Below are positions 45,709-57,300 of a DNA stretch of 64,000 nt, in pieces (position 1 is the stretch's first letter; each line of letters starts with the position of its first letter). Source of the stretch: a virus (Duplodnaviria > Caudoviricetes); IMG/VR virus record IMGVR_UViG_3300001919_000035, positions 1 through 64,000 of that record, one strand, 5' to 3'. The notes beneath the pieces are model-generated. The model had not been told where the DNA came from. It saw nothing but the letters and a program-made list of their open reading frames with translations, and made no database searches. A program made the translations under genes and the position numbers.

Positions 45709-45828
45709 ATGAAAGATGAAATTACATTACAGGTAAAAGAAGAAATTTTTATAGTAAGTATTGCAGAATATGATGGTTCATACAAGCATACTTTACTACA
45801 AGATACTGATTGCTTCAGTTGGGAGTAA
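45709..45828 (+). CDS. 39-aa hypothetical protein
   Basis: MKDEITLQVKEEIFIV...CFSWE*, preceded by GGAGG. Confidence 0.45.
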   Translation: MKDEITLQVKEEIFIVSIAEYDGSYKHTLLQDTDCFSWE

Positions 45829-45851
45829 TCAAGCTATAATTTAGTTGTTTA

Positions 45852-45890
45852 AAAAGAAAGGGGTCGTTGTGAAACGATCCCTTTTTATTT
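45852..45890. terminator. Bidirectional terminator between the convergent arms
   Basis: A tract-GGGGTCGTT-GTGA-AACGATCCC-T tract. Confidence 0.85.
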
Positions 45891-48800
45891 TAATTAAGTG
45901 TATTAGACAGATTTCGAAGCTTTTCAGCAGGATTCTTCATATTATAGTAAGCATTAGTATACTTATTTACTTTAAGTAAATCTCTCTGCCATCCATATAG
46001 TCCTTTATAAGATCCTTTTGTTATCTTCTTCCATTTTCTTTCTTCTAAGTATGCAAGAGGATTAAATACATTAGAAAGATCTTCTGCAGTATTGATTAAA
46101 GGAGTTAAAGAGTTTAAGATATTTAATACATCCATAGGATTATATCTAGAGCCAGATTCTAATGATATTTTCTTTAACTCTAATCTCATATAATTACTCC
46201 AGTAATAATCATCTTGATCATCTCCACCTAAACTAAAGATATTAAATAAAGTAAGCCAGAATATATATGTTAATATTTGAGCGCTTGCTCTTCTAGTATA
46301 GGATTTAACTTGTTTTTTTACAGTGTCCTCACCGTATAATTTTACAGCTTTTTCATAATTATTTTTATTGAAACCTGTTAGAACTTGTAGATTAAATGCA
46401 TACCAATATGCAGTTAAAGTACCCATTGCTAACTCCTTAGTTTGGTAATTCCAATACATAGGAGATAACGTATTTTCAATATTTTTCGGTAGAAAAGCAC
46501 GGAACATCAGTATACTGCTAAGAGCAGTACTCAAATAAACTCCACTTTTATCAGCTTCTTCAACCATACCTTCTGCATGACTAGATATAGCTCCTAATCT
46601 ACTAGATACTTCATTTTCAAGATCTTGATCTACATACTTAGCATACTTTGGTTTAACTTTTAAACCGTTCTTTGTCATTTCATATGCACCCCATAGATTC
46701 TCTTTAGTATTGTTGTATATTACTTTCTTTTCTTTTAAAGACTTCTTAGGAAAATGGTTGTTAAGAAAATCGTTCTCAGAAATAAAATGTAATTTACCAT
46801 CCTCTAGTTCGATTAATCTATAGTTTAAATATGTACCTATTGCAAAAGTACTATTAGGTAAGATAGAAGCCATCTTAAATACAGCATATGGTTCTGTTAA
46901 TCTTTTAGCCATTTTACCTATTCTCCATCTGTTAGTATTAGAAAACTCTTCTTCCTGATTGAAAGATAGACCATTTAACTCTAATACTCCCATCAACTTG
47001 CTATTAGACATATTCTTACCAAACTGTCTTAAAAATTTTAAAGTAATAAGTTCCTTAGCTAACTCTTTATTTGCTATTATAAAGTCTCTGGTATTAATAA
47101 ACTTACTAATAAAAGAATCAGCTGCATAAAAACTCCATGCAGATACACCACCTGATATAGCAGATCTAGGATTCCAAGCAAGCCCTAAGTCTCTTCCCCA
47201 ATCAGCAAAATATCTATATACTTTTTCTAAAGAAATTTTTCTACCATTTACAGTAACATCTTTGAAATTAGCAGTTCTTCCATACAAATGAAATCCTAAA
47301 TATTTGTGTACTTCCTGAGATAGAGCACTATTTTCTGCCTGTACAGATGTTTTACCATTGTTAATAAATCCTTCTTTACTTATGATACTATCTAATAGAT
47401 TAAGCTGTGGAGCTACTTCTTTCTTATTTTGATAGTTAGAAGCCATTCTATAATATTTAATAACAGCACCAATTAAGTCATTTGTACCTACAGAAGGATC
47501 AGTTAACATAGAAGTATACATAGTAGGCATAATATTTATTTCAGTACCATTTGGTCTAGTCTCTACCTTTACTCCATGTAATTCATCATCTGGATTAATA
47601 GCAAAAGCATCTGTCATATAATCTCTTGTTCCTGTAATCAAGCCTTTACTAGTCATATAATTAAATATACTACCATTTACTTGAGGTAATTTGTAGTTAT
47701 TTTTATACCTAGCATGAGAGATTTTATCATTACTTTCATTCATGGTATCAATAAGTACATCATACAAATGCTTAAGATTAGAATCACGCATTACTGCATC
47801 AAATTCCTTTCTGTTATCATATTCTTTTTTAGATAACTTTGGTTGTTCTGCCTCTGGTATAGTTCTATCATAATTATGATTGTAATAAGCTGCTTCTTCA
47901 GATGTTTCAGCCCAATTACTATTAGGAACTCTATGCATATACTTATCTAATACTGGTTTAACAGTAGTCATATAGGAATGATAATGTTTAACTCCTTTAT
48001 CATCTACCCATATATCTTCTGATAATACAGCATCTTTTCCTCCATTATCTTTTGCAATTTGACTTAATTCAGATTTGAATAATCTTCTATTGCCTTTTAC
48101 TTTAGGAGCTTTACTACGTACTTTATACATAGCAATGTCTAATTCTTTAATTTTGTCTTTAACCATCTGAGGCATACGAGTATAATCTACTTCATATTTA
48201 TCAGTTCTGTAAAGTTTCAAAAGATTAGCTCTTGCTTGATATAATTTATCATATACTTCACCATACTCAGCTTTATTTTGTTGTGAAATCATCTTTTGAA
48301 ATTCCTCTGTGAATTCCCATCTTGTATTTCTTTCTAACCAAGCTTCATATAAAGTATATTTACCATCTGGAGTATATCCTTCTGTGTTTCTCATTTTCTC
48401 CATCTCAGCAAGGAAAGCCTCCATATTGACTTTTGACTTTAAACCTTTAGATAGTTCCTCATAAGCCTCAGTTAATTCCATAGCAATTTTATACTCTACA
48501 CTACCTTCTGGTTTGATTTCTCCAGTAGCAGGATCATATGGATTTGCAAGGTTCCTTTTTTTCTCAAGTAAGGATAGATATTGTTCATACTCATCTTTAG
48601 ACATTTTCTCAAATCTAGGTTTCTTGGTTACCTCATCTAAGAAAGGTTTAAGTAGGTTTTCAATATCTAAATTTATTTCAGATAAAGCCATGTTTGTTTC
48701 CATACTTAGTTTAGCAAATATTCTATAGAATTCTGGAGTATATCGTCTTTCTGCGTTTTCAGATTTCCATTCATTATAGTCTATTTGATATTGTACCCAT

Positions 48801-51373
48801 AAATCTGGATAAAGTTTTAACTCATCTACACTGGCTATTTTATGGTCCTTCAACCATTTCTTTCTCCATTCATACTTATTATTTTGATATACACCATAAC
48901 GTCTAGGACGGATAAAATATCCTGTCTTTTTACCATTTATATCTCTTTCAAATAATTTAGCATGATCACTAGTAGCACTTGCAGCTACTTTAATTTCAGC
49001 ATATTTGTTATATACTTGTTTATGTGTCTTACTATTGACATCACCAATAGTCTTTCTTATCAATCTATAAACAAATTGTGGAGAACTAACAGGAGTTGAT
49101 AACCAACGATTATACCATTTTAAATCACCATCAAATGTTAACCAATTCATTAAAGCATTATCTACAGAAGGATCATGAGCACTTTCCATTTCATCTCTAA
49201 GAAACTTCTCAGTAGTTCTAATAACAACATTTTTAAACTTATAGCCTATATTCTTTCTAGTAGGCATTTTAGATGATGATAATTCACTTATTAGACCATT
49301 TATAGTAGTAACTACATTATTAAATTCATTTTCTCCTAAGATAGATGAAAATACATTATTATTAAACTCAATATTTAATTCATCATGTATTCTACGTAAG
49401 TTACTCTCATGTGGATATATATACTCTGCTCCAAAGTTATCTAATGCAGTACGAAGCTTATTCATTTGATCTACATTATTACTTTGTTGTGCTAGCATTA
49501 ACTGTTCATCAATTTTATCTATAACACTTTCTGCTTCATTTAAACTATATATAACATTATCTACATAGTCTAACACACCATTAAGATAATTAGTTATATT
49601 TTCTATATCTTCAGCATCTTTAAGTGAATTCTTTAGCATGTTTAAAGAAGATAGTAATTTATCATTACGAATAGTTTCATTTCTATCGAATTTATCTTCT
49701 ATAGTATTATATTTTAATGATGCTACCCTATTTTCCGCTGTCTTTACTAAATCATTAAATACAGTTCTTAATCTCATTGCAGAGATCTCTTCACGTTTAC
49801 TAGCTGCTGGTAGTACATCAGGTATATAATCATGAGTGTCTTCTCTTTTTTCTAAAGTTTTATAAGCATTAAACTCTATAACATTATCTACTATTTTGTT
49901 AATTAAGTCCTGATGAGTAGTATTTTTATTAAACAGTCTTTTAAACCAGTCAATAAGCTTTTGTAATAATGTTTTTTCTCCAGTAGAAGCACTGAAATCC
50001 TGCATATTGAAAATTACATCAGGATTAGAAAACAGTTCTGCTGCAAATTCATATACACTTTCACTAGCATGGTCATTATATTTAGTTGCATATTCTTTTT
50101 GTATAGCTCTAAGTTCATTTGCTGCTTCTGTATTCGCTGCTAAAGAATCTAGAGTAATAGCATGGGTTATTTCATGTAACAATACATTTTCTAATGAACC
50201 ATATCTACTGAAATCACCATTTCTATTTACTACAATCTTATCTGCATTCCTATCGTATATAGCAGGTGTCCAATAAGTAGCTTCAGGATACATTTCATTT
50301 AATGGTCTATCTGTATATTCAATAGATACAGGCTGCATATTTATTTTACTAGCAACATCATTGAGTACAATAGCCATTTCAGAATCCATATTATCTAATA
50401 GTTCTTTACTATTACTATAAGATTGCATAGATTCTAATTGACTTATATTTTCTGAGTTACTATCTGCTAGATATATATTATTATCCTGAGTAGAGAATGT
50501 ACCTTGATTATCTATTGATTTAATTTGATTGGGATTAAATGCTACATAAGTAGTAGTAATACCACTTGTTAAAGCAATTCCAGAAGCGTTTTCATCTACG
50601 TTTTCAATTATTGCACCTTCTGAATTATTTATTGATTCTTTTTGTTCTTTAGATAAATGAGCAATAGTTGATCCTTGCATATCTACTGTAGTAGTATTAC
50701 GTAAGTTTAAAAAAGCAGGTATTACTTCACCTTCTATATCAATTTTTGATGCAAAGAATTCACCTGTAAAATTATCTGGATCGTTTACTACACGATTATA
50801 TTTTTCCATCATTTCATCATAATATTGTGAAGTAACATCAGGAAAAATTTCTAAAAATTCTTCTTTGGTCACAGATAATGCACCGCCATCTTCTCCGAAC
50901 CTATATTTTGCCATATCTCTATCTAATTGCGACGCATAATCTCTACTGCCAGAATACATTTCTGCAATTTGTTTATCTTTTGTAAAATATACTCCTTTTT
51001 TAATTAGTCCGGTCAAGTGAGTCCGAGATCTTTTAGATTCCAGATTAAAAGTTGTAGCTCCCTTTGTTGGTCTGCCAGAGTATACTATTAAAGGTTCCCC
51101 ATTCTCATCCACTACTTTGGATTCACCAAACCAATTTCTAAAGCTTTCAGAGAAAGTTCTAGCCTTAGCTTGAATAGCAGCTACTCTATCACCATTATAA
51201 TGCTCTAAAAGGTCTGAAAAGAGCTTAGATGGCTCCCCATTGGGAGCCTTATCTATGCCATTACCATTATTTTCAGAAAGAACAAAGTAAGCAGCATCCT
51301 CACTACCTAATATGTTCGTGTATTCACTAAGTAATGTTTGTACTTCTGGATTTTTTGTATTTAAACATTTCAT
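45890..51373 (-). CDS. Large virion cargo/polyvalent protein (ART-like domain plus zincin metallopeptidase)
   Basis: 1827 aa. FRNWFGESKVVDENGEPLIVY...GVYFT...NPNQIKSIDNQGTFS resembles polyvalent-protein ADP-ribosyltransferase-like domains. LLHEITHA (HExxH) near 50162-50176. Confidence 0.75.
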   Translation of the reverse strand: MKCLNTKNPEVQTLLSEYTNILGSEDAAYFVLSENNGNGIDKAPNGEPSKLFSDLLEHYNGDRVAAIQAKARTFSESFRNWFGESKVVDENGEPLIVYSGRPTKGATTFNLESKRSRTHLTGLIKKGVYFTKDKQIAEMYSGSRDYASQLDRDMAKYRFGEDGGALSVTKEEFLEIFPDVTSQYYDEMMEKYNRVVNDPDNFTGEFFASKIDIEGEVIPAFLNLRNTTTVDMQGSTIAHLSKEQKESINNSEGAIIENVDENASGIALTSGITTTYVAFNPNQIKSIDNQGTFSTQDNNIYLADSNSENISQLESMQSYSNSKELLDNMDSEMAIVLNDVASKINMQPVSIEYTDRPLNEMYPEATYWTPAIYDRNADKIVVNRNGDFSRYGSLENVLLHEITHAITLDSLAANTEAANELRAIQKEYATKYNDHASESVYEFAAELFSNPDVIFNMQDFSASTGEKTLLQKLIDWFKRLFNKNTTHQDLINKIVDNVIEFNAYKTLEKREDTHDYIPDVLPAASKREEISAMRLRTVFNDLVKTAENRVASLKYNTIEDKFDRNETIRNDKLLSSLNMLKNSLKDAEDIENITNYLNGVLDYVDNVIYSLNEAESVIDKIDEQLMLAQQSNNVDQMNKLRTALDNFGAEYIYPHESNLRRIHDELNIEFNNNVFSSILGENEFNNVVTTINGLISELSSSKMPTRKNIGYKFKNVVIRTTEKFLRDEMESAHDPSVDNALMNWLTFDGDLKWYNRWLSTPVSSPQFVYRLIRKTIGDVNSKTHKQVYNKYAEIKVAASATSDHAKLFERDINGKKTGYFIRPRRYGVYQNNKYEWRKKWLKDHKIASVDELKLYPDLWVQYQIDYNEWKSENAERRYTPEFYRIFAKLSMETNMALSEINLDIENLLKPFLDEVTKKPRFEKMSKDEYEQYLSLLEKKRNLANPYDPATGEIKPEGSVEYKIAMELTEAYEELSKGLKSKVNMEAFLAEMEKMRNTEGYTPDGKYTLYEAWLERNTRWEFTEEFQKMISQQNKAEYGEVYDKLYQARANLLKLYRTDKYEVDYTRMPQMVKDKIKELDIAMYKVRSKAPKVKGNRRLFKSELSQIAKDNGGKDAVLSEDIWVDDKGVKHYHSYMTTVKPVLDKYMHRVPNSNWAETSEEAAYYNHNYDRTIPEAEQPKLSKKEYDNRKEFDAVMRDSNLKHLYDVLIDTMNESNDKISHARYKNNYKLPQVNGSIFNYMTSKGLITGTRDYMTDAFAINPDDELHGVKVETRPNGTEINIMPTMYTSMLTDPSVGTNDLIGAVIKYYRMASNYQNKKEVAPQLNLLDSIISKEGFINNGKTSVQAENSALSQEVHKYLGFHLYGRTANFKDVTVNGRKISLEKVYRYFADWGRDLGLAWNPRSAISGGVSAWSFYAADSFISKFINTRDFIIANKELAKELITLKFLRQFGKNMSNSKLMGVLELNGLSFNQEEEFSNTNRWRIGKMAKRLTEPYAVFKMASILPNSTFAIGTYLNYRLIELEDGKLHFISENDFLNNHFPKKSLKEKKVIYNNTKENLWGAYEMTKNGLKVKPKYAKYVDQDLENEVSSRLGAISSHAEGMVEEADKSGVYLSTALSSILMFRAFLPKNIENTLSPMYWNYQTKELAMGTLTAYWYAFNLQVLTGFNKNNYEKAVKLYGEDTVKKQVKSYTRRASAQILTYIFWLTLFNIFSLGGDDQDDYYWSNYMRLELKKISLESGSRYNPMDVLNILNSLTPLINTAEDLSNVFNPLAYLEERKWKKITKGSYKGLYGWQRDLLKVNKYTNAYYNMKNPAEKLRNLSNTLN

Positions 51374-51374
51374 A

Positions 51375-54300
51375 TTAACATTCTTTTCTACGTTGTTTAC
51401 CTTGTTCTGCTAAATTTTGAAGATCAGTATCTAATTCAGTAGATTGTATAGATTGTTCCGTATCATTTCCTATTACTATAGGAGAAGATTCTATTATTTC
51501 ACCATTTTCATCTACTTCTGAATTAATTTCTTCAATACCAGATCTATTTTCACTCATATCAAAACCGAACATATAATTTACAGTACTAGCAGGACTAAAT
51601 ATACCACTAATACCAGGAAGTTTAGGATTATTTGATTGAGAATTAACTTTGTTAATAAGGTCATTTATTACTTCTGGTATATCTTCTAAGAAGTTATTAT
51701 CATATTCAGAATAAGTAGGAGCTACATTATTACCTGTAATAATAGAGTATCTTGAGAACTTGGTACTACCCATAACATACGAACTCATATATTCTGTAAC
51801 TACACCTTTACCACCTTCTCTAAATCCTTTCTTATTAACTAAGATATACAATGGTTTATTTAAAGTACGTTTACCATCTTGTTTAGTGTATGTACCAATG
51901 AATTTATAAAGATCATAACCACCAGTTGAATTATTACTTCTTACTTTGATATAAGGATGGTATAAAGGAGTATCATCTAAGTTTTTGCATATCATTTGCC
52001 TATTACTTCCTTTAATAGCAACTGGTACCATTTTGTTACCTCTTCTTTCTCTATGAACATATACTCCTTTCTTAGAAGTATCAAGAACTGGTACTAATGT
52101 ATTGTCTTGCCAGTTATTACGATAAATTTCATGTACGTCTTCCTCTGTAAATATTCTACTAAAATCATTAGTTTCTTCTAATGCACGTACATTTTCATAA
52201 TAACCTAATTCTTCTAATTGCCGCATAGGGATAAAATCAAACAAAGAATTAAGATGTTTAGTACCATGACCACTGAATACTGCATATCTAACAAGATCAT
52301 ATGCTAAATCGTGTAATTCATTGTTATCACTATCTAACAGTTCTTGCCAATACTCTCTAATTTGTCTACTAGCATTAGAACTAATATCATCAGAATAATC
52401 CAAACGGATATAATCTATAGCTTTACCACTACTATCAGTAACACCTGTTAAACTATTTAAGAATAAATTACTTATTCTACCATTAGTTACAGATATAACA
52501 GGATATTTATTACCATTATTAGCCGCATCATTAATTATATCTTTTTTAATTCTGTTTAATCTCTTAGCAATACTATTATCACCAATAAATAAATCTCTCA
52601 AACTTCTAAGACTGCCTATAAGAGGACTGTTAACATTATCATACAAAGAATAAGATTTCCAGTAAGAGTCCATAGCATTAGTAATTGCTGTAATAGTTTG
52701 CTTATTACTTACTGATTTTAAACCACTAGAATTTACAAATGACTTAAATAGATTGTAATATTGAGTTTTAGACTGTATATTTACTTTATCTAATAAATTT
52801 AAAGTAAATAATATACTATTGTCTATTTTTCTCTGTAAGAAAGTATCTTCATAGAATTTCTTAATCATTTGTGGAGTAAAGTAAGGAGAGTTATACATAT
52901 CTGCTACTTTATCCATAAACTGACGCATTTCAATAGCATTCTTACCAAACTTCTTAGTATCTACCTGAGATGCTTTTACAAGATCTGATAATGCTCTTGC
53001 CATAGGATCTAATTGCTTATACAGTTTATATACTAGCAATTGTCCATAGTAATAATCAAAATCTTTATCTTTTTTATTAGCCTTATCAAGTAGATTCTCT
53101 AAATAACCTAATTTGCCTGATTCTGGTATTTCAAATAATACTTCATCAGTAATTCTATCATTAAGCAATAAATCTTTAAGCTGTTCTTTCTGATCATTGC
53201 TCTTTGCTAAAGTCTGTGCTTTCTTAGTAAATTCATCTATAATAGACTTTTCTTTTTCATCATAGCGTCTTTGGAATGTCTTACTAGTATCAATGCCATA
53301 TACTCCTTTACTCTGGATATAATCTTGAGCCATACGCTTCATTATTTCCTGAGATACAAAGTACATAGTATTTTTACCAGCTCCATTTCTAAGTAATAAG
53401 TTTGTTATATTATAAGTAAATGTATTTACATTCAGCTTAATAATATAATTATCCTTAGCAACGTCTACGTGAGCACTAATTAATGCAGACAGCCAGTCAA
53501 GGATATGGATGTCATCTACTCCAGTTACTTTATGTAGATTACCCATATTAGGCATATACTCTGGAGCTTGCATTACTAACTCTACTAATTGTCCTAATAC
53601 ATGATGTGGATTGTTAAGAGCAAATGGACCAATACCACTCTTACTATCTGCAAAATCTTGTTTCAGATTATCTTGATATTCTTCTGTATATTCATATAAA
53701 GCAGTATTATTAGTAACATCTGGGAAATACTTCTTAACAATACCGTTTTTCATAATATTTACTGGAACATCAAGAGGTCTAGTAGTATCATGTACATTCT
53801 TAGGATCAAGCATTGAAGCCATAAAGGTATCTATAAGAAGATTTTCAACAGCACCTTGACTATTTTCTTCTACAGATTTATTAAAGTCATATTGAGTTTT
53901 AGTAGCTGTATATGCATATTCTCTATAAGTACCAGTATTAACATCGTAAGCAATATTAGAATTAGTTTCAGATAAATACTGATTAATAGATTCTGATGCC
54001 TTCATAGAATTTCTTCTAGTAACAGGCTCACCATCTTTAATTCCAAGTACTTCATCTGCCCATTCATTATATCCCTTAAGAGCTATTTCTACTTTCTCTT
54101 TACTTACTTCTTTACCTAATTGATTACTACGTCTAACTGTATAGTTATATCTAGTTAAGAACAATTTATCAATATCAAAGTCAGAACCAGTTCTAGCAGT
54201 AAACTCGTCAGGCATTATAATTATATCTCCTGCTTGAGACATTACTACATCTCTAATAGTTAGAGCAGCAATAGAAGACATACCTTGAGTAGGTACACGA

Positions 54301-57300
54301 TAAGCCATACTAGATGGAGAAGCATTATCTCCTATAATATGGTTATCTATCAACCATTGTCTAGCTTCCAGGAAGGACATATTACTATAACCTGGTATAA
54401 TATGTTTTAACAAATTGATTGAAATTACACAATCCATAGAATTGTTTGTATTCTTCAATTTCAATCTATTACCACCATTAACCATGTATTTAGAATACTG
54501 ACCAGATTCACTTGCTTTTACCTTTTCGATAGACTTCAAACCAAAAGATGACATCTGTACAAAGGTACCTCCAGGAAGATTTATATCCACAGTTTCTTTG
54601 TTTACTCCAGATATGATCTTAGTAACTAACTGTTTAGCAACAGGAGAAGCAGATAGAGGAACATTGAATTGACCTTTTTCATTCAGACCAACTTGTTCTA
54701 TCATATCTGTATCCATATTAGATGCTATCATATCTCTTGTAAGCTTATCTGACAATCCAGCTAAGTCATTGAAAGAATATGTACCATCTTCATTTTTAAC
54801 AGCGTGTAAACTCTTTAAAATACGATTTAAACCTCTATCAGATAAGTTATCAATAGCTTTCATAGCTAGATCTCTCATCTCTCTACCCTTCACTACTTTA
54901 CCACCAGGTAATGTATAATCTCCATCTAATCTAATATTAGAATATACAGTTTTCATAGCCTGAGTAACCAACATACGCTTTTCGGCATCATGTGCTTCAA
55001 TAGGCATCTGATTAAGCAGGTTAGAGAAATTCTGTTGTCTAAAGGTAATGGGTTGTTTATAATAACCATTATCGTCTTTAGTAAAGAAATCTGTTACTTG
55101 AGATTGAGTAGCATCTGTGTAGAAATCATATTCTACTATATTACCTACTTTAACAGCAGAGTCTGTAGTAAACATGTCTATAGGGTTTTTAGTATCTGAC
55201 ATTCTATCATACAATACTCTTAAATCACCAGTAGCTAATACTTTGAATAAAGGGAAAATAGCCATCTTGTTAAAGATAGGCATATTGATAAATTCACCTG
55301 GTAATGGTTGTAGTATTTCATTACCAAAGTATACCATCTTTTTAGGAGATAATATAGCAGCTAATGTGTTAGTATATTTACGTATATCACCTAAATCATC
55401 TGCATGTTCTTCTACATAGTCGATAGCTGCTTCTACTTCTGGTGTAAGCTGACCATGTGAAGCTAAAATAGCCTTATACATAGTAGGAGACACATATACA
55501 GAAGCATCTGCTTGGTTAATAGGAGTTTTCTCTTCATTAACTTCTATAGTACCATCTTCTTTTCTCTTTATATCACCATACAAAGACAAATCACGCTCAG
55601 TATTTTGCTTAGCTAGTGCTTTTATATCTTCTGGTACACTTTCACTTAAAAATACATCATCCGAAGTAAATACATCATTAATATATTCATCTGTGAACTT
55701 ACCAGATGCTTCCATATATTCTCTTACATACGCATTATAAATAGCTTTATACAATTCAGCAGGCTGATTAGTACGTAACTCAATGTCTTTCAATCCAGCT
55801 ACATTATATCTACCTTGTTTGAATCTTTCATTGCTATTCATTATATGATTAGGGTTTGAGAAGTCTGTTCTAGGCCTATCTCCAGTAGATAAAGTACCGG
55901 CAAGACGCTTAGATACATCAGGATAACTCTTGTAAAATGCTTCATCTTTATAAAAGACTTTTTCAGTCTCAAACATTGATACAAAGTTATTAACAGTAAA
56001 GGTTGCAATGGCATCATATATTGCTAAATTTTCTCTAAAGTCTTTATTTTGATCTCCAGATAATGTACTGATAGAATTTGCTAAACTGTTAGTTCTTTCA
56101 TTTATATTACTTACTGGTAAGTATACATTCTTATATAAACCATTATTATTCTTAGTAATAAGACCTAATTTCTTTATATAATCTAATTGTTTACCAACCA
56201 TCACTTGTAATGTAGTATTAAGATCCTCTTTGAGTTGTGCTTTATTGTTAAAATAATCCATTAACTCTTGATCACTTAAACTATCAAATGACATGTAATT
56301 TAGATTACCATCAGCATCATATTTATATACTCCACGAGTTATTCTAAACTTACCACCTCTACCATTATCTTGTCCACGTTTACCAAAATACTTAGTAGGT
56401 CTGTTAGCATCATCTATTTTATCTTCTGCTAATTTCATTCTACGATACTGTAGAATAGCATCATACTCACTTCTATAGTACTTATAAAATTGTTCTATTA
56501 CATCATTAGAAAATCTTACATCCACACTATTTTCAATAGGAGTAAATTGAAGAGTTCTATTTTTAAACAATTTCAAACCTTGTATTGGCATATATGTCTT
56601 CTTATCAGACATTGTGGGCAATAACAAAATATCATTTTCAGAACATACGAATTTAGATATGAATGTTTCAATTTTAGGAGCAGATTGATAATCAGTACCA
56701 GTGTTACCAGAATTATATTCAGTGATATTAAGTAAAGTACCTACAGTAAGTCTAGTATTTGGATTGCTCTTTAACGAATTATACACTAAAGAGGAAGTAT
56801 TAATAGGACATTTCAATAACTTTGAAACATAGTTTCTATCATTATTTAATTTCTTTACTTCTAGAGTAAGGTAATTATACTTAGATAATGGGTATACTGT
56901 AGTATTCTTTGGACCTAATACTTTTTCTTCAAGATTATTAGTATTTTTCTGATAATGTACTATTGCTAAATTCAATATACTACTTTCACCAGTAAATATG
57001 CCATCTAAAGTACGTTTAATTCTGTCCGAATTTTTATCTTTTACTGGTCTACGTAATATTTCAGGTAACGCCTTTGCAAGACTACCGTCTCTATTACTTG
57101 TTAACAGATCTTTAGCAGCTTGTAATAATGTAGGTTTATTGACTGAATTAACAGCAGATACTTTATCTACAATAGCTTGAAACAATGTATCATAATTTAC
57201 ACCTATACCAATACTATTATAAAAGTCTACAAACTTATAAAGTACTTCATTAAATTGTTCATTAGACGTAGAATCGGTCATTCTAGCTAATTCATTTGTA

